A stretch of 52,330 nt of DNA from IMG/VR virus record IMGVR_UViG_3300026478_000318, positions 1-52,330 of that record; one strand, 5' to 3'. Made by a program: the position numbers and the translations under genes. Shown here piece after piece: positions 25,178 through 35,165 of the stretch; position 1 is the stretch's first letter; the number at the start of each line of letters is the position of its first letter. The DNA comes from a virus. Its lineage: Duplodnaviria; Caudoviricetes. The notes below the pieces were generated by a model. It made no database searches. It was not told the DNA's origin and was given only the letters and a program-made list of their open reading frames with translations.

Positions 25178-26404
25178 TTATACTGACTTATCTTCATAAT
25201 CTTTATATCTGTAGTATCCTTTGTCAAAATCAGCCTGAACCAAGAATTCTCCCATAAAACCATTGCGATTCTTACGGAATACACATTCTATAATGTCACT
25301 ATTGTTTCCACGACCAAGTGCTAAAACCCAGTCTGCATCGTAGGCTATCTGACGTGACCAGGCTGTTTGACCAAGAGTTGGCACGGTTTCAAGTTTTGTA
25401 ACATCATCAGGTGTAGCAGATGAAATGGCAATAATTGGAACCTCTTCAGCAATAGCCATCAACTTTAATTCACGAGAAAGATTCTTCATGCGGATTGTTT
25501 CATTGTCTGACTTTTGGTTTGGACTCATCAACTGTAAGTAGTCAACGATAACAAAGTCTGGCTTATATTGATCAATCTTTCCACGTAAGACTAATGGAGT
25601 GATATCTCCACCAGTATCATTAGAGATGATATGAAACTCTGGCTTACCCTTAACACTCTTTGTATGCCAATCCTTAAGCATATCCATTTCGATTTGTCCC
25701 GCACTTAATTTTCTATGCGACCATAGGCCTTCACCCATAATTGCAAACACACGATTACGGACCTCTACCTCTGACATTTCAAGACTGATGATCATTGGGC
25801 TACGACCCTGTTTCCAAGCCTGTACAGCGAAATAGAGAGACAACCATGACTTTCCTATGCCTGGATATGCAAGGAACACTCCCAACTGCCCTGGCATGAT
25901 TCCAGAAGGTAAGTAGTTGTCAAATCCTGGAAGACCAGTTTTAATGCCTAGTGCTCCAGCCTCCTGTTGCTTCTTTAAGTTTTCAAAATATGCAACAGCA
26001 GAGTCTAAATCTGTTACATCAATATCACGAATGGCTGCTGTGTTTTTTCTAAGTTCAGCAGTCTTTGTAATCAGAGATTCTAGTGCATCTAATCCTTGTC
26101 CACCCTGAACATCTGTTGCTGCAGATCTAATAATATCCTTAAGGCTATTTGTTAAATATTCTGCCTGTAATTCTTCAAGGTGATGCTTTGTAGCACCAAC
26201 TCCACTTATGGGTTCAAAGTCTCTAAACTTTTCTACAACTAGTTCTGTTGGTGGAACAGTGGCATTAGCCTCATAGTATTTTCTAATAAACTGCCAAACA
26301 TCGACATGCGTTGTGAGAATGTTTTCAACGTTTGCTTGCAGTAAAACGTGTGCTTGCTTATCTTTAAGAACGGCTGAAATCAACTTTGATTCTGTATTAT
26401 TCAC
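25178..26404 (-). CDS. dnaB: Replicative DNA helicase
   Basis: Walker A AYPGIGKS, SLEMS, IVDYLQLM, YDAD and KNRNG. Confidence 0.95.
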   Translation of the reverse strand: MNNTESKLISAVLKDKQAHVLLQANVENILTTHVDVWQFIRKYYEANATVPPTELVVEKFRDFEPISGVGATKHHLEELQAEYLTNSLKDIIRSAATDVQGGQGLDALESLITKTAELRKNTAAIRDIDVTDLDSAVAYFENLKKQQEAGALGIKTGLPGFDNYLPSGIMPGQLGVFLAYPGIGKSWLSLYFAVQAWKQGRSPMIISLEMSEVEVRNRVFAIMGEGLWSHRKLSAGQIEMDMLKDWHTKSVKGKPEFHIISNDTGGDITPLVLRGKIDQYKPDFVIVDYLQLMSPNQKSDNETIRMKNLSRELKLMAIAEEVPIIAISSATPDDVTKLETVPTLGQTAWSRQIAYDADWVLALGRGNNSDIIECVFRKNRNGFMGEFLVQADFDKGYYRYKDYEDKSV

Positions 26405-26705
26405 TCAACCACTCCTTAGCCATTTGTCTACGCTTCTGTCTTTCTTCTAAATCTTTTTGATATTGTGCTTTTGCTTCTAGTATATCATGTGCCATATAAG
26501 CAAAATTATTCCATGTAGGATTTTGTGATACCTCAAAATAATACTCAAGTAATTCATAACAAACATCTAAGCCATATGACTCAATTAAGGCATCGGCAGA
26601 CCATTGTTCAATCCACTTATTGTATTGTGGCTTCTGTCCTAGTTTAAACTTATAGTGTTTATCAAACCTACTCAACAGAGCCATACGCTGCTGTTTTTCT
26701 GTCAC
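26397..26705 (-). CDS. Hypothetical protein (possible helicase loader/initiator)
   Basis: Helical ORF overlapping the dnaB start. The function is inferred from position only. Confidence 0.65.
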   Translation of the reverse strand: MTEKQQRMALLSRFDKHYKFKLGQKPQYNKWIEQWSADALIESYGLDVCYELLEYYFEVSQNPTWNNFAYMAHDILEAKAQYQKDLEERQKRRQMAKEWLSE

Positions 26706-26706
26706 A

Positions 26707-26913
26707 CTAGTTGCCTTCTTCTAGTTCGACCTTTGCTTCTGAAATTTTGAGAGCAAGTTTATCTTCAACAAACTTGTATACACGTTCAAAAGCCTGATCT
26801 GTATTTTCTCCATCACGCTTTGAATCGATTACACCTAAATCTAATCTTAACGATTGAAAATTTCCAAGGTTAAGTGTATAGCCAAGTGTTACTGATACTT
26901 TTGTATCTTCCAT
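26707..26913 (-). CDS. Hypothetical protein
   Basis: GYTLNLGNFQSLRLD motif of a type seen in small phage replication-region proteins. Confidence 0.75.
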   Translation of the reverse strand: MEDTKVSVTLGYTLNLGNFQSLRLDLGVIDSKRDGENTDQAFERVYKFVEDKLALKISEAKVELEEGN

Positions 26914-26927
26914 TTCATACCCTTCGT

Positions 26928-27470
26928 TTATATTGATTCAGACCAAATAGGTATAAATCTACCGTCTTCAGTCTTCGTATATGTCAGTATACCATCTCCC
27001 ATTCTGCGTGTCAACTCAGCCTTACTGGGAGTGATATCATTTGTTATTAGATTATCTTTTCTTGGTCTGCCTATATGATAGGTTGCTAATATATCACGAA
27101 TATCTCTTACCTGTGATTCAGAATAGTATGAGCGTACTTGCCATCCACGCTCTCCACCTTTTTGTGATCCTGTTGGGAAAGGTATTACGCCACGCTTCAT
27201 TAATGATGGCATATATTTTTTATGCCTATTAACCAGATCAGCCGTCTCTCCTACAGTATAAGCACGTTCTCTTTTATTTTTAAAATCATTAATTAAACAA
27301 CTTTCAATTCTATCTTTGTTAATATTATAAACAGACATAATGCCATTTGATTTGTTATAATGATGAATCCGAACTAGGTCCCCATTAAGAAACCACACTT
27401 TTTTATTTCCAGGTATTACAGGGGCGTTATTATAGTCTTCGCTCGTTCTATTTCCTTTTTTAACAGCCAT
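26928..27470 (-). CDS. DNA-binding protein with MerR-like HTH
   Basis: YTVGETADLVNRH...KRGVIP.P...RSYYSESQV. Confidence 0.65.
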   Translation of the reverse strand: MAVKKGNRTSEDYNNAPVIPGNKKVWFLNGDLVRIHHYNKSNGIMSVYNINKDRIESCLINDFKNKRERAYTVGETADLVNRHKKYMPSLMKRGVIPFPTGSQKGGERGWQVRSYYSESQVRDIRDILATYHIGRPRKDNLITNDITPSKAELTRRMGDGILTYTKTEDGRFIPIWSESI

Positions 27471-27607
27471 CGACCTTCCTCCGAATCAGACGGCGGATGA
27501 AAAAACTTTCTTGATCCACAGTAAAAGCAATAAGTCTCTAAATGAGACATTGAGGTAAACACTCTGTCCACAAACATTCTTCTTGAGCATTTTTTACAAC
27601 TTATCAT
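27416..27607 (-). CDS. Small zinc-ribbon protein
   Basis: CKKC...CFYCG. Confidence 0.7.
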   Translation of the reverse strand: MISCKKCSRRMFVDRVFTSMSHLETYCFYCGSRKFFHPPSDSEEGRWLLKKEIERAKTIITPL

Positions 27608-28050
27608 TAATTAGGTATGCCGATGATAATAAGATTAACACCGATTGATACATCTCCACCAGAATTAAAATTAACTACACCGTCTACCTTGGAAGTTGTT
27701 ATTGACTTTAAAACAACAGACACATTTTTACCTGCTTCTGTTCCACCAATGTTCACTGGGCTTGCAGTAACAATTGGAACAAACTTAAAGTCTGCAGGAA
27801 AGTTATAGGTAAATGGTTGCTGACTACCAACGCTCTGGTTGGAACTCTTTACTACGTCTACATATCCACCAATAAATCGTGTTTCTGACGCCTTAGCATT
27901 TTGCTGAACACCGTTCTGTACGTCTACTGTAACGTACCTATAAATTGCTGGAGAGACCTGTACTGCGACTTCATTGACAGCATTTGCTATCTGATAAATA
28001 TAAGATACATCAAGCGGTTGCCCTAGTTCTGGTAGTGGTATTTTTGCCAT
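27607..28050 (-). CDS. Small virion/tail-associated protein (beta-rich)
   Basis: Last gene of the tail region, F...P.VTAS motif, AGGAGG SD and a promoter at 28066-28074. Confidence 0.55.
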   Translation of the reverse strand: MAKIPLPELGQPLDVSYIYQIANAVNEVAVQVSPAIYRYVTVDVQNGVQQNAKASETRFIGGYVDVVKSSNQSVGSQQPFTYNFPADFKFVPIVTASPVNIGGTEAGKNVSVVLKSITTSKVDGVVNFNSGGDVSIGVNLIIIGIPN

Positions 28051-28065
28051 TATTCCTCCTGTCTA

Positions 28066-28074
28066 ATTATATCA
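28066..28074 (-). promoter_or_regulatory. Extended -10 (TGATATAAT)
   Basis: Overlaps the upstream stop codon, with an SD downstream. Confidence 0.7.
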
Positions 28075-28507
28075 GACTGCCCTCATTTTCAAAAAGTATT
28101 GCGTCTGCAAACCTTTCTAGCGGGATAGTCTTTACTTGAACTGCAATATGTGCATACTCTTTATCTGCTGAATATACGATGGAATAGTTTGTTTGATTTG
28201 TTTTACTATAATACTGCCACCCAGCATTATTCCACTTAATATATATGTAATACTCTTCTATGTTTGTTTGTGGTTGCCACGCCAAATTAATAACTCTATT
28301 TGAAGTATCAATAATCATGCTATTTAAAATTTCACTTGGCGTATCTTCTGCTATAATTTTATAAGTTGGGGACCAGTGTGATGTTCTATTTTTGTCTTCA
28401 GAAATAAATCTATACTTTAAAACATACTGTCTATTGTCTCCAAAAAATCCAGGCAGTTTAGATTTTGGAATAATAATTTTTTTAATACCACGATCTGGGG
28501 TAGGCAT
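28067..28507 (-). CDS. Tail-region protein, FN3-like
   Basis: INLAWQP...YYIYIKW beta-sandwich pattern and synteny. Confidence 0.55.
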   Translation of the reverse strand: MPTPDRGIKKIIIPKSKLPGFFGDNRQYVLKYRFISEDKNRTSHWSPTYKIIAEDTPSEILNSMIIDTSNRVINLAWQPQTNIEEYYIYIKWNNAGWQYYSKTNQTNYSIVYSADKEYAHIAVQVKTIPLERFADAILFENEGSLI

Positions 28508-29628
28508 TATTGCACATCCATAGCAAATCTAAACTCAATATAGTTGGTTGTATTTGCTGCCTTAACAATAGTTTCAGCATTAGTATTTTTTAGTACTGTA
28601 TATCCAGTCAAACCGTATACTGGATTTGTTGTTGAAATATTCTCAAAACGAATTGCATCTAGACCAATATAAAAGTCATCTGAAGGTACTGAAGCATTAA
28701 TCACCGTTGAATATATTTTTACAATACTAACATTGTTCCATGTAAAGCCTGTGCTCTTGTGTAACTCTTGTAATTCTTTTGTTACTATATAATATCTGTT
28801 ATTGGCAAAATCATAATCATCAGCAGACATGATTACTTCAAATCTTGCCCACTCTCCAGAGCCTGGCTGATCGCTTTCTGCAAACTCTAATAATATTCTG
28901 ACTTCATCTGGAACAATAGAAGGGTCTGGATCTTTATTGATAATACTAAATCCTAATTTAATTTGATCTGTAGGGGCATTTTTGTTAAAATCTAAACCAG
29001 TTCCAAGTAAGTGGATATGATTTGTATTTGTACCAATTTCTAACTGATTAGTTCCAGAAACAGTTAGCGAGGATGTATCTCCTCTCATCATAACGATGTT
29101 ATTAAAAAATCTAGCACGTTCATATCTAGCAATGCGTTCAGCATTTGTAAATAATCTATTATCAGAGTTTGTTTGGAAGACAAGATCTGTTTGGTTAATC
29201 ACGTTATCATTTGCTACGCCGTCTAGCGGTTCATAAATTACTGGAAGCGCTACTGCTGTTTCTGCTGTATGATATTCCCAGTTTTCATTTACAGTAAAAG
29301 CAAACAAAGAACGACTGTCATATGCTCCAGCAGATGGGTTTGCACCAGCAGAGAAAACTCCTACTTCAGAAATCTCATATCTTTCATCTGTTGGTAGTTC
29401 GGCTGTTAAAACAATTTTATTGGTGCCGTCGTCATTTACATAGCCTCGTGATGTAATTGGAACACGAAACATTTCAAAGTCTAATGCCTTTATGTCAGAG
29501 TAGTCTCCAAATGCCTGATTGGTTCCAAGTGGTTTGGCACCGCAGCCCACAGCAATGTATGATGCATAAGCAGGTGCCTGACCTATGAGATATTTTGCTA
29601 AGATATTTTTGCCTGTATTTGTTATCAT
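28507..29628 (-). CDS. Minor tail / tail-tip protein
   Basis: MITNTGK..LAKYL...YIAVG.G...E..R...ISEVGVF N-terminus typical of tail structural proteins. Confidence 0.7.
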   Translation of the reverse strand: MITNTGKNILAKYLIGQAPAYASYIAVGCGAKPLGTNQAFGDYSDIKALDFEMFRVPITSRGYVNDDGTNKIVLTAELPTDERYEISEVGVFSAGANPSAGAYDSRSLFAFTVNENWEYHTAETAVALPVIYEPLDGVANDNVINQTDLVFQTNSDNRLFTNAERIARYERARFFNNIVMMRGDTSSLTVSGTNQLEIGTNTNHIHLLGTGLDFNKNAPTDQIKLGFSIINKDPDPSIVPDEVRILLEFAESDQPGSGEWARFEVIMSADDYDFANNRYYIVTKELQELHKSTGFTWNNVSIVKIYSTVINASVPSDDFYIGLDAIRFENISTTNPVYGLTGYTVLKNTNAETIVKAANTTNYIEFRFAMDVQ

Positions 29629-30128
29629 GGTATCACTCCGTATATTGTATCATCTAGTATGGATCCGTCTGAGATTATTGAAACCTCTACCTGCTCGTCG
29701 CTGGCCATATTAATAACATTAATGACTAAATCTCCAGTGTCTGGATCAATATAGACTATAGAGCAGTCTGGGCCAGTCCCACATTCTGGGATTTTGTTGG
29801 CAAAGTTAATAGGAAACTTTTTAAAATAATTAATATCAATATCTTGCAATCCTAAAATATTTTGTGGGTTATACTGAAAATATACGTTGCTTAAATTTTT
29901 AATAGGCTGATAAATAACATTTTGTCCATTAACAATATCTGATCTAACAATATTAATTAGTTCTTGACCACCTATATTTTCAAAAATTAAATCTGTCATT
30001 ACCTCAATAGGGACAGACTCATTATCAAATAAAATGATATCTGGTGTTGCTGGCTTTACATCTGTTACTAAAACCTTATCTGGCACAACAACTTTTGGTA
30101 GGTTAGGAGTTGGGTTAACGTTTGCCAT
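29625..30128 (-). CDS. Minor tail protein
   Basis: Synteny, with a GAGGT SD before MANVNP. Confidence 0.6.
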   Translation of the reverse strand: MANVNPTPNLPKVVVPDKVLVTDVKPATPDIILFDNESVPIEVMTDLIFENIGGQELINIVRSDIVNGQNVIYQPIKNLSNVYFQYNPQNILGLQDIDINYFKKFPINFANKIPECGTGPDCSIVYIDPDTGDLVINVINMASDEQVEVSIISDGSILDDTIYGVIP

Positions 30129-30129
30129 T

Positions 30130-33100
30130 TTATACCTCACTCAGGTAAAGGGTCATTTCTGGACCATCTACGCTTCTAGAATAATCAATATTATATACTA
30201 CAAACTTTGAGTCTGATGCAGCAATCACATCTTTGCCGAGTTCATTTTGATAGTTAATATTGACAATATCTCCAAGTTGAATTATTGGCGTACTAAAAAT
30301 TGACACGCCAACATTTCTTCTAGGCTTCATTATCTTTTTAATTATCCAAGACATCAGATCCTTGGCGTCGTCCTCTGTTTGTAAATATTGTGGGTCAAGC
30401 ACAAACTCTTTTTTACCGTAGGTAAGTCTGCTTGTTTTGATTTTGTCATAGTCTTGCTCAGAACGTAACGGAGAAACAATCAAACCATTTTTATCAATTT
30501 CTGGATCTGAGAAATTACTATTCTTAGCAAAATAGTTATCAACACTTAATTCATTAGTAGACTGCTGGGTAAATGTTATGCCCTGAATTCTAAGATAATT
30601 TCCACTCGTCTCATCTAAATTTAAGATTGTATCTGTTGAGTTAAAGATAAGGAATTCTGCCCCGTAGGAGCCCGCTCTAAAGCCAGAGACCACATACCCC
30701 TTAATTCTGTTAAAAGTCGGTGATAACTGGGCGTAAAGGGCTGGATAGGCCTTATCGTACCTAACCTTGAGGTATGCTGCCTCTCTCATGATAGTTCCAA
30801 ATTCATCAAAATAAATGTTAAATTTTGGAGGCTGATTTGTGCTTACCCCTGAAAGATATGTTGTTTGAACTACACCGCTCATTGCATATTTTCTAAATGA
30901 CTCATTGGCATTTATTTCATCATCGCCAAATGCTGCCCCTATAGGTGTGTCAAGGGCAAAGACTGTATTTTGACTATAGTTGTTGGTAAGGGCATAAATA
31001 TTTTCAAACATACACTTTGCTCCACCACGAACAAATAGTGCCATATTATTATAAATTGGAAGTGGCTTTGTATCGTCTACTACCTCAACTAATTTGTTAT
31101 TAATATAAAGATAGAACCTACGAGTTGATCCAATATCTTGATACTCCACGGCAAGATCATAGACGGTAGGATTTTCTTCTCCAACAAGTCTATACTGTCC
31201 AGTAAACTTACCGTCATCGACAATAATGTTTGCAAGTCCTCCCCAAAGTTTAATTGGCACTGCTTTCCCAGATGAGTCTGAATAAATTTTATAAAATATA
31301 ACATTATGCAAAATATCTGCAGACGTAGAATATTCACTTACGTTTCTTTCAGTTAATGCAATAATCTCAAAATAATATCCAACATTTGTAGATGGATTAA
31401 CCATAACTGCTAGACCGCCAGAGCCTCCTCCAATATTTAAACTTTGGTTAGGTTGAGATCCAGACAAAACATAATATGGGGTTGAATTAATTGCAGTCTG
31501 TCCTCTTGTGTCGCTTGATTCAATTTTACCAATAATTCGCATTCTTGTACCAAAATGCTTAAACTTATTATCTAATGCTTTATACTGATATGATATAAAG
31601 TCGATTGGTGTTTCTGTGGTGCTAAATGACGGCCCACTCATTACTAATGCTGAGGATTGCACAGAGCCTGTTTGTGTAGCCTTTAATGTATTATTTTGAA
31701 CTTCATTTGTATAAGATGTAGACAAAAAGTTTTTAATAATTCCGCTTCTTGTATTTTCTTGTGCACGTGTATTATTTACTCCTGCTGCACCAGTTGATAG
31801 TGAAAGTGTTGCAATGCTATCATTATTTAAAATATCTCCATCTACCAAACCAAATAAATGTTTTGACTGCATAGTCATTCCACGAACATATGAGTTATTA
31901 GACCAGTAACTATCTAAGCCAGCCTTATGTTCTAATATCGGCGTCGAGAACTGTCCACGTCCATGTCTTGCTACCTCGCCATTCTTCATAACGGTTATGC
32001 CATTAATCTCTTCATACTTAGGCTCAGTATAAATTCTTACAAGCCCTGTAGGGTAAATTTTTCCATTGAATGGCAACTTAGACATATAGTATTGATACTC
32101 TTGGTTGCTGCTTATCCAAACATTTCCTACAGCACCTACTATCTCTGTAGAGTAATCTACCTTGCCATTTGAATCAACCCTCGTAACAACTTTTTCTCCG
32201 CCTGGAAGATTATACTGAAGCGCATCAAACCTAATAATTTCTCCATTAGCATATAAATATCCTGAATGTCTACCTAGCCAATAAACAGCCTCACCAAGGT
32301 CAATAATATTATTAACAAGTTTATGATTAATGACAGAAGGTACAGATGCTGAAATGTTTGAGTTAAGTGGTATAGCAGATAAACTATATGTTGATTGACT
32401 TGCCATTTCTTGATTAATAGATCTTAGCGACTGTTCTCCAGTTACTTCCCAAAGTAGTGCTGGCTTATAAATCCAATTTTTAGCAGCAGCATCATTATCA
32501 ATCATGGTTGCCTGCTTTAAACTTCCATATGACCTTTGAATATGTCGGTTGGTATAGTTAATTTTCCCATCATTAAATACATTTTTATCTGTTGATGCAA
32601 TGTCAATAATATTAGTTAACTTAATATTTGTATTTTGATTTTCAATAACTCCAGTGTCAACAAAATCATTTGTTCCATATAGCGTAAAGTCAACAGATCT
32701 ATCTTCATTTTCTGGTAACATATAATTTTTACTCATCATAACAAAGTTATTATATTCATCAAAAAACATTGCTGTTTGGGTAGAAATTGCTAAATCATTT
32801 AAAACATCTGCAACAGTTTTGTCTGGAGCAATATAAAAATATGGAATAATTAATTCTTTTTCTTTATCAATTCTTTTGAAAGAATAATTTGAAAAACCAA
32901 CTGAGTCCAACAATAGGGATACAGCATAACTTAGTGATACATTTGTTACAAGCATTTCTGGTGCTTTAATAGATTCAAAATAAAAATATAAATCTCTAAG
33001 TTCAAGAGTTACTTTTCTTTCCATAGGTGAGTAACTAGGGAAACCTTCAGAGTATAAGGTTTTAAGCGGAACCAAATAATCGTATCCGTTAACATTTACA

Positions 33101-34524
33101 ATAATGTCATAAAACTTAATTTGTATATTATTTGATAAATAATCATTAACTAAACTTGTTGTATTGTTATCATTAAACGCATCGTCATAATCAAACAACG
33201 TTAGGCTACCAACTGAAGCCAACAACTGTCCTACTGGCAAACCACTTGTTCCAAGGTCTGATGCTATTTTTTGTATATTTAAAGAAACAACCTTTTCTGA
33301 GATATCGGCTACTAGGCGGGGAGAGATCTCAATAAGATCAAATGTAGAGTTAACTTTGTTCATAGTATCAACTACAACTCTTATACCCCTGATATTTTCA
33401 AACTCTCTAAAAATTTGTTTGCCGTCTGTTGAGGATATAAAATGGACTGGATCTGTTAGATCTGTCACAAAGTTAGTTAATCTATTAACAGTTTCTTCTT
33501 CTAGATACCACCCATATTCTGGCTTAAATGTCTCCCATGCGTTGTCTACCCAAATATGGTATACGCCTAAATCACTATCATTTGCCTTGATAAGATATGC
33601 ATAACCATTAATTGCTTTGTCTGGTAGAAAAGACTCATTTGTGTATTCTTCTGCTCTAATAAAAATGTCTCTATATTTGTTTGGTACTTTAAGTCCGTAG
33701 GCCAACTCTACATATCCGTCGTGCTTGATAACCTCTGTTCCATCACTTCTTTTAGAAGAAGAGTTAAAACTAATAATGTCTACCCAGTTATTTTCTTTTA
33801 GGTATTGTACTCTCCACTTTGAGGGAGTTGTTCTATTTAGATCACCATACAAATGATCTGAAAATGTTCCAGCAGAATTTGAAAACGGCCCAAGGTCTAC
33901 AGACCCGACATTGGTTTGCATCTTTAAAACAATTCTATTTGCAGGTACTGGATTATTATATACAACAAATGGGCATGCATCATCAATAAAATATTGACCA
34001 TTATTTAATAAGTTAGCAATTCCTCTTGTTGTACCCTCTTCTTTTCTATACGATGTCCAGTATTTAAACTTATCGTTTTTATCTGCCATGTAGTATCTTG
34101 GTCTATTAGACATGTTAAGGTTTGCATGGTGCAGCCTTTTGCCTGGGAAATATGTTGCCTTATTGATTCCAGATCTTGGTCTAAATTTTTTAAAACAATC
34201 TTCAAGAGAATAAAGCATTTTATTTTTTGTATTTTGTGCAAGCAAAAACCATGGTTCTTGATTATCTGCTGGATCAATGCCTCCGTCAACCCTTACATCT
34301 GAGTCTGTTGCATTAGTATAGAAGTTTCCAATATCATTTACATCAAACGTATTAGGAATAATTTTATATTTACTGCCATCTGAATCTGTTGGTCTGTATC
34401 TATAATTGCCTATCTTAAAAATATTATTAGCAACATTCATATTCCACTCAGCAATTACTGCTGCCTGTGTTTTAACTGTACTAGATGATTCTAGATGAGA
34501 TTTTAATTCGTCATTCTGAAACAT
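30130..34524 (-). CDS. Large minor tail (hub/central fibre) protein
   Basis: 1464 aa, second gene after the tape measure, with a C-terminal P.IQLGDIV motif of tail hub proteins. Confidence 0.78.
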   Translation of the reverse strand: MFQNDELKSHLESSSTVKTQAAVIAEWNMNVANNIFKIGNYRYRPTDSDGSKYKIIPNTFDVNDIGNFYTNATDSDVRVDGGIDPADNQEPWFLLAQNTKNKMLYSLEDCFKKFRPRSGINKATYFPGKRLHHANLNMSNRPRYYMADKNDKFKYWTSYRKEEGTTRGIANLLNNGQYFIDDACPFVVYNNPVPANRIVLKMQTNVGSVDLGPFSNSAGTFSDHLYGDLNRTTPSKWRVQYLKENNWVDIISFNSSSKRSDGTEVIKHDGYVELAYGLKVPNKYRDIFIRAEEYTNESFLPDKAINGYAYLIKANDSDLGVYHIWVDNAWETFKPEYGWYLEEETVNRLTNFVTDLTDPVHFISSTDGKQIFREFENIRGIRVVVDTMNKVNSTFDLIEISPRLVADISEKVVSLNIQKIASDLGTSGLPVGQLLASVGSLTLFDYDDAFNDNNTTSLVNDYLSNNIQIKFYDIIVNVNGYDYLVPLKTLYSEGFPSYSPMERKVTLELRDLYFYFESIKAPEMLVTNVSLSYAVSLLLDSVGFSNYSFKRIDKEKELIIPYFYIAPDKTVADVLNDLAISTQTAMFFDEYNNFVMMSKNYMLPENEDRSVDFTLYGTNDFVDTGVIENQNTNIKLTNIIDIASTDKNVFNDGKINYTNRHIQRSYGSLKQATMIDNDAAAKNWIYKPALLWEVTGEQSLRSINQEMASQSTYSLSAIPLNSNISASVPSVINHKLVNNIIDLGEAVYWLGRHSGYLYANGEIIRFDALQYNLPGGEKVVTRVDSNGKVDYSTEIVGAVGNVWISSNQEYQYYMSKLPFNGKIYPTGLVRIYTEPKYEEINGITVMKNGEVARHGRGQFSTPILEHKAGLDSYWSNNSYVRGMTMQSKHLFGLVDGDILNNDSIATLSLSTGAAGVNNTRAQENTRSGIIKNFLSTSYTNEVQNNTLKATQTGSVQSSALVMSGPSFSTTETPIDFISYQYKALDNKFKHFGTRMRIIGKIESSDTRGQTAINSTPYYVLSGSQPNQSLNIGGGSGGLAVMVNPSTNVGYYFEIIALTERNVSEYSTSADILHNVIFYKIYSDSSGKAVPIKLWGGLANIIVDDGKFTGQYRLVGEENPTVYDLAVEYQDIGSTRRFYLYINNKLVEVVDDTKPLPIYNNMALFVRGGAKCMFENIYALTNNYSQNTVFALDTPIGAAFGDDEINANESFRKYAMSGVVQTTYLSGVSTNQPPKFNIYFDEFGTIMREAAYLKVRYDKAYPALYAQLSPTFNRIKGYVVSGFRAGSYGAEFLIFNSTDTILNLDETSGNYLRIQGITFTQQSTNELSVDNYFAKNSNFSDPEIDKNGLIVSPLRSEQDYDKIKTSRLTYGKKEFVLDPQYLQTEDDAKDLMSWIIKKIMKPRRNVGVSIFSTPIIQLGDIVNINYQNELGKDVIAASDSKFVVYNIDYSRSVDGPEMTLYLSEV

Positions 34525-35165
34525 TATACCTCTTCCAAAGTAACTGATATGTTCCAGAAATCAAAGTTACTGCTTCCTCTTTTTACAACTGAATAATTAA
34601 AGTTTGCAAAATACATCTGAATAAGTTGATTGTATTGATTAAGATGTGCATATGCATTTGAATCTTTTCCAAAGTTAGAATATTTATCGTATGCTAAATA
34701 AACCCAGAATGGGCCCTGATGATTTTCATACCAGTCTAGTAGTTCTACTCCTCCTGCTCCACCATCAGTTGTGTATTCAGTATTATTGTCATTGGCATGT
34801 GGTGAGATACCAGTTGTGGCATTAAACTCAGGCACTGAAAAATAAGATCTAGATGGCAACATATCCCACGAAACATTAAGTTGTAACTTATCAGCAATAT
34901 GATAAGATCTCATTCTTCCATTAATCATTCTTTCTCTTTTTTCAAGTCGTGTGGGAGTAAAGTCAATCGGAGATCTGTTATTATCAGATAAAACTAAAAA
35001 TTGATTATATAGAGATGTGTCGGTTTCTGATCCAGGGTCTTGTCCAACTTCTAATCCATTAGGTACATAAAGACCATCTACAAGTGTGCCAGAGTTATCT
35101 GACCAAAGCATTGCTTGTGGTCTAGCATATTTCTTTCTACCTGTCATATAACTTGAAGTTGACAT
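34524..35165 (-). CDS. Distal tail (Dit)-like protein
   Basis: Directly follows the TMP. RMING.MR..HIADK...VSW..LP...WNISVTLEEV. Confidence 0.7.
   Translation of the reverse strand: MSTSSYMTGRKKYARPQAMLWSDNSGTLVDGLYVPNGLEVGQDPGSETDTSLYNQFLVLSDNNRSPIDFTPTRLEKRERMINGRMRSYHIADKLQLNVSWDMLPSRSYFSVPEFNATTGISPHANDNNTEYTTDGGAGGVELLDWYENHQGPFWVYLAYDKYSNFGKDSNAYAHLNQYNQLIQMYFANFNYSVVKRGSSNFDFWNISVTLEEV

Noticed and set aside
13115-26404. Inteins or introns in TerL, RecA, DnaE or DnaB
   Set aside because: Lengths are ordinary, motifs are contiguous, and no intein splice-junction or homing endonuclease motifs were seen.
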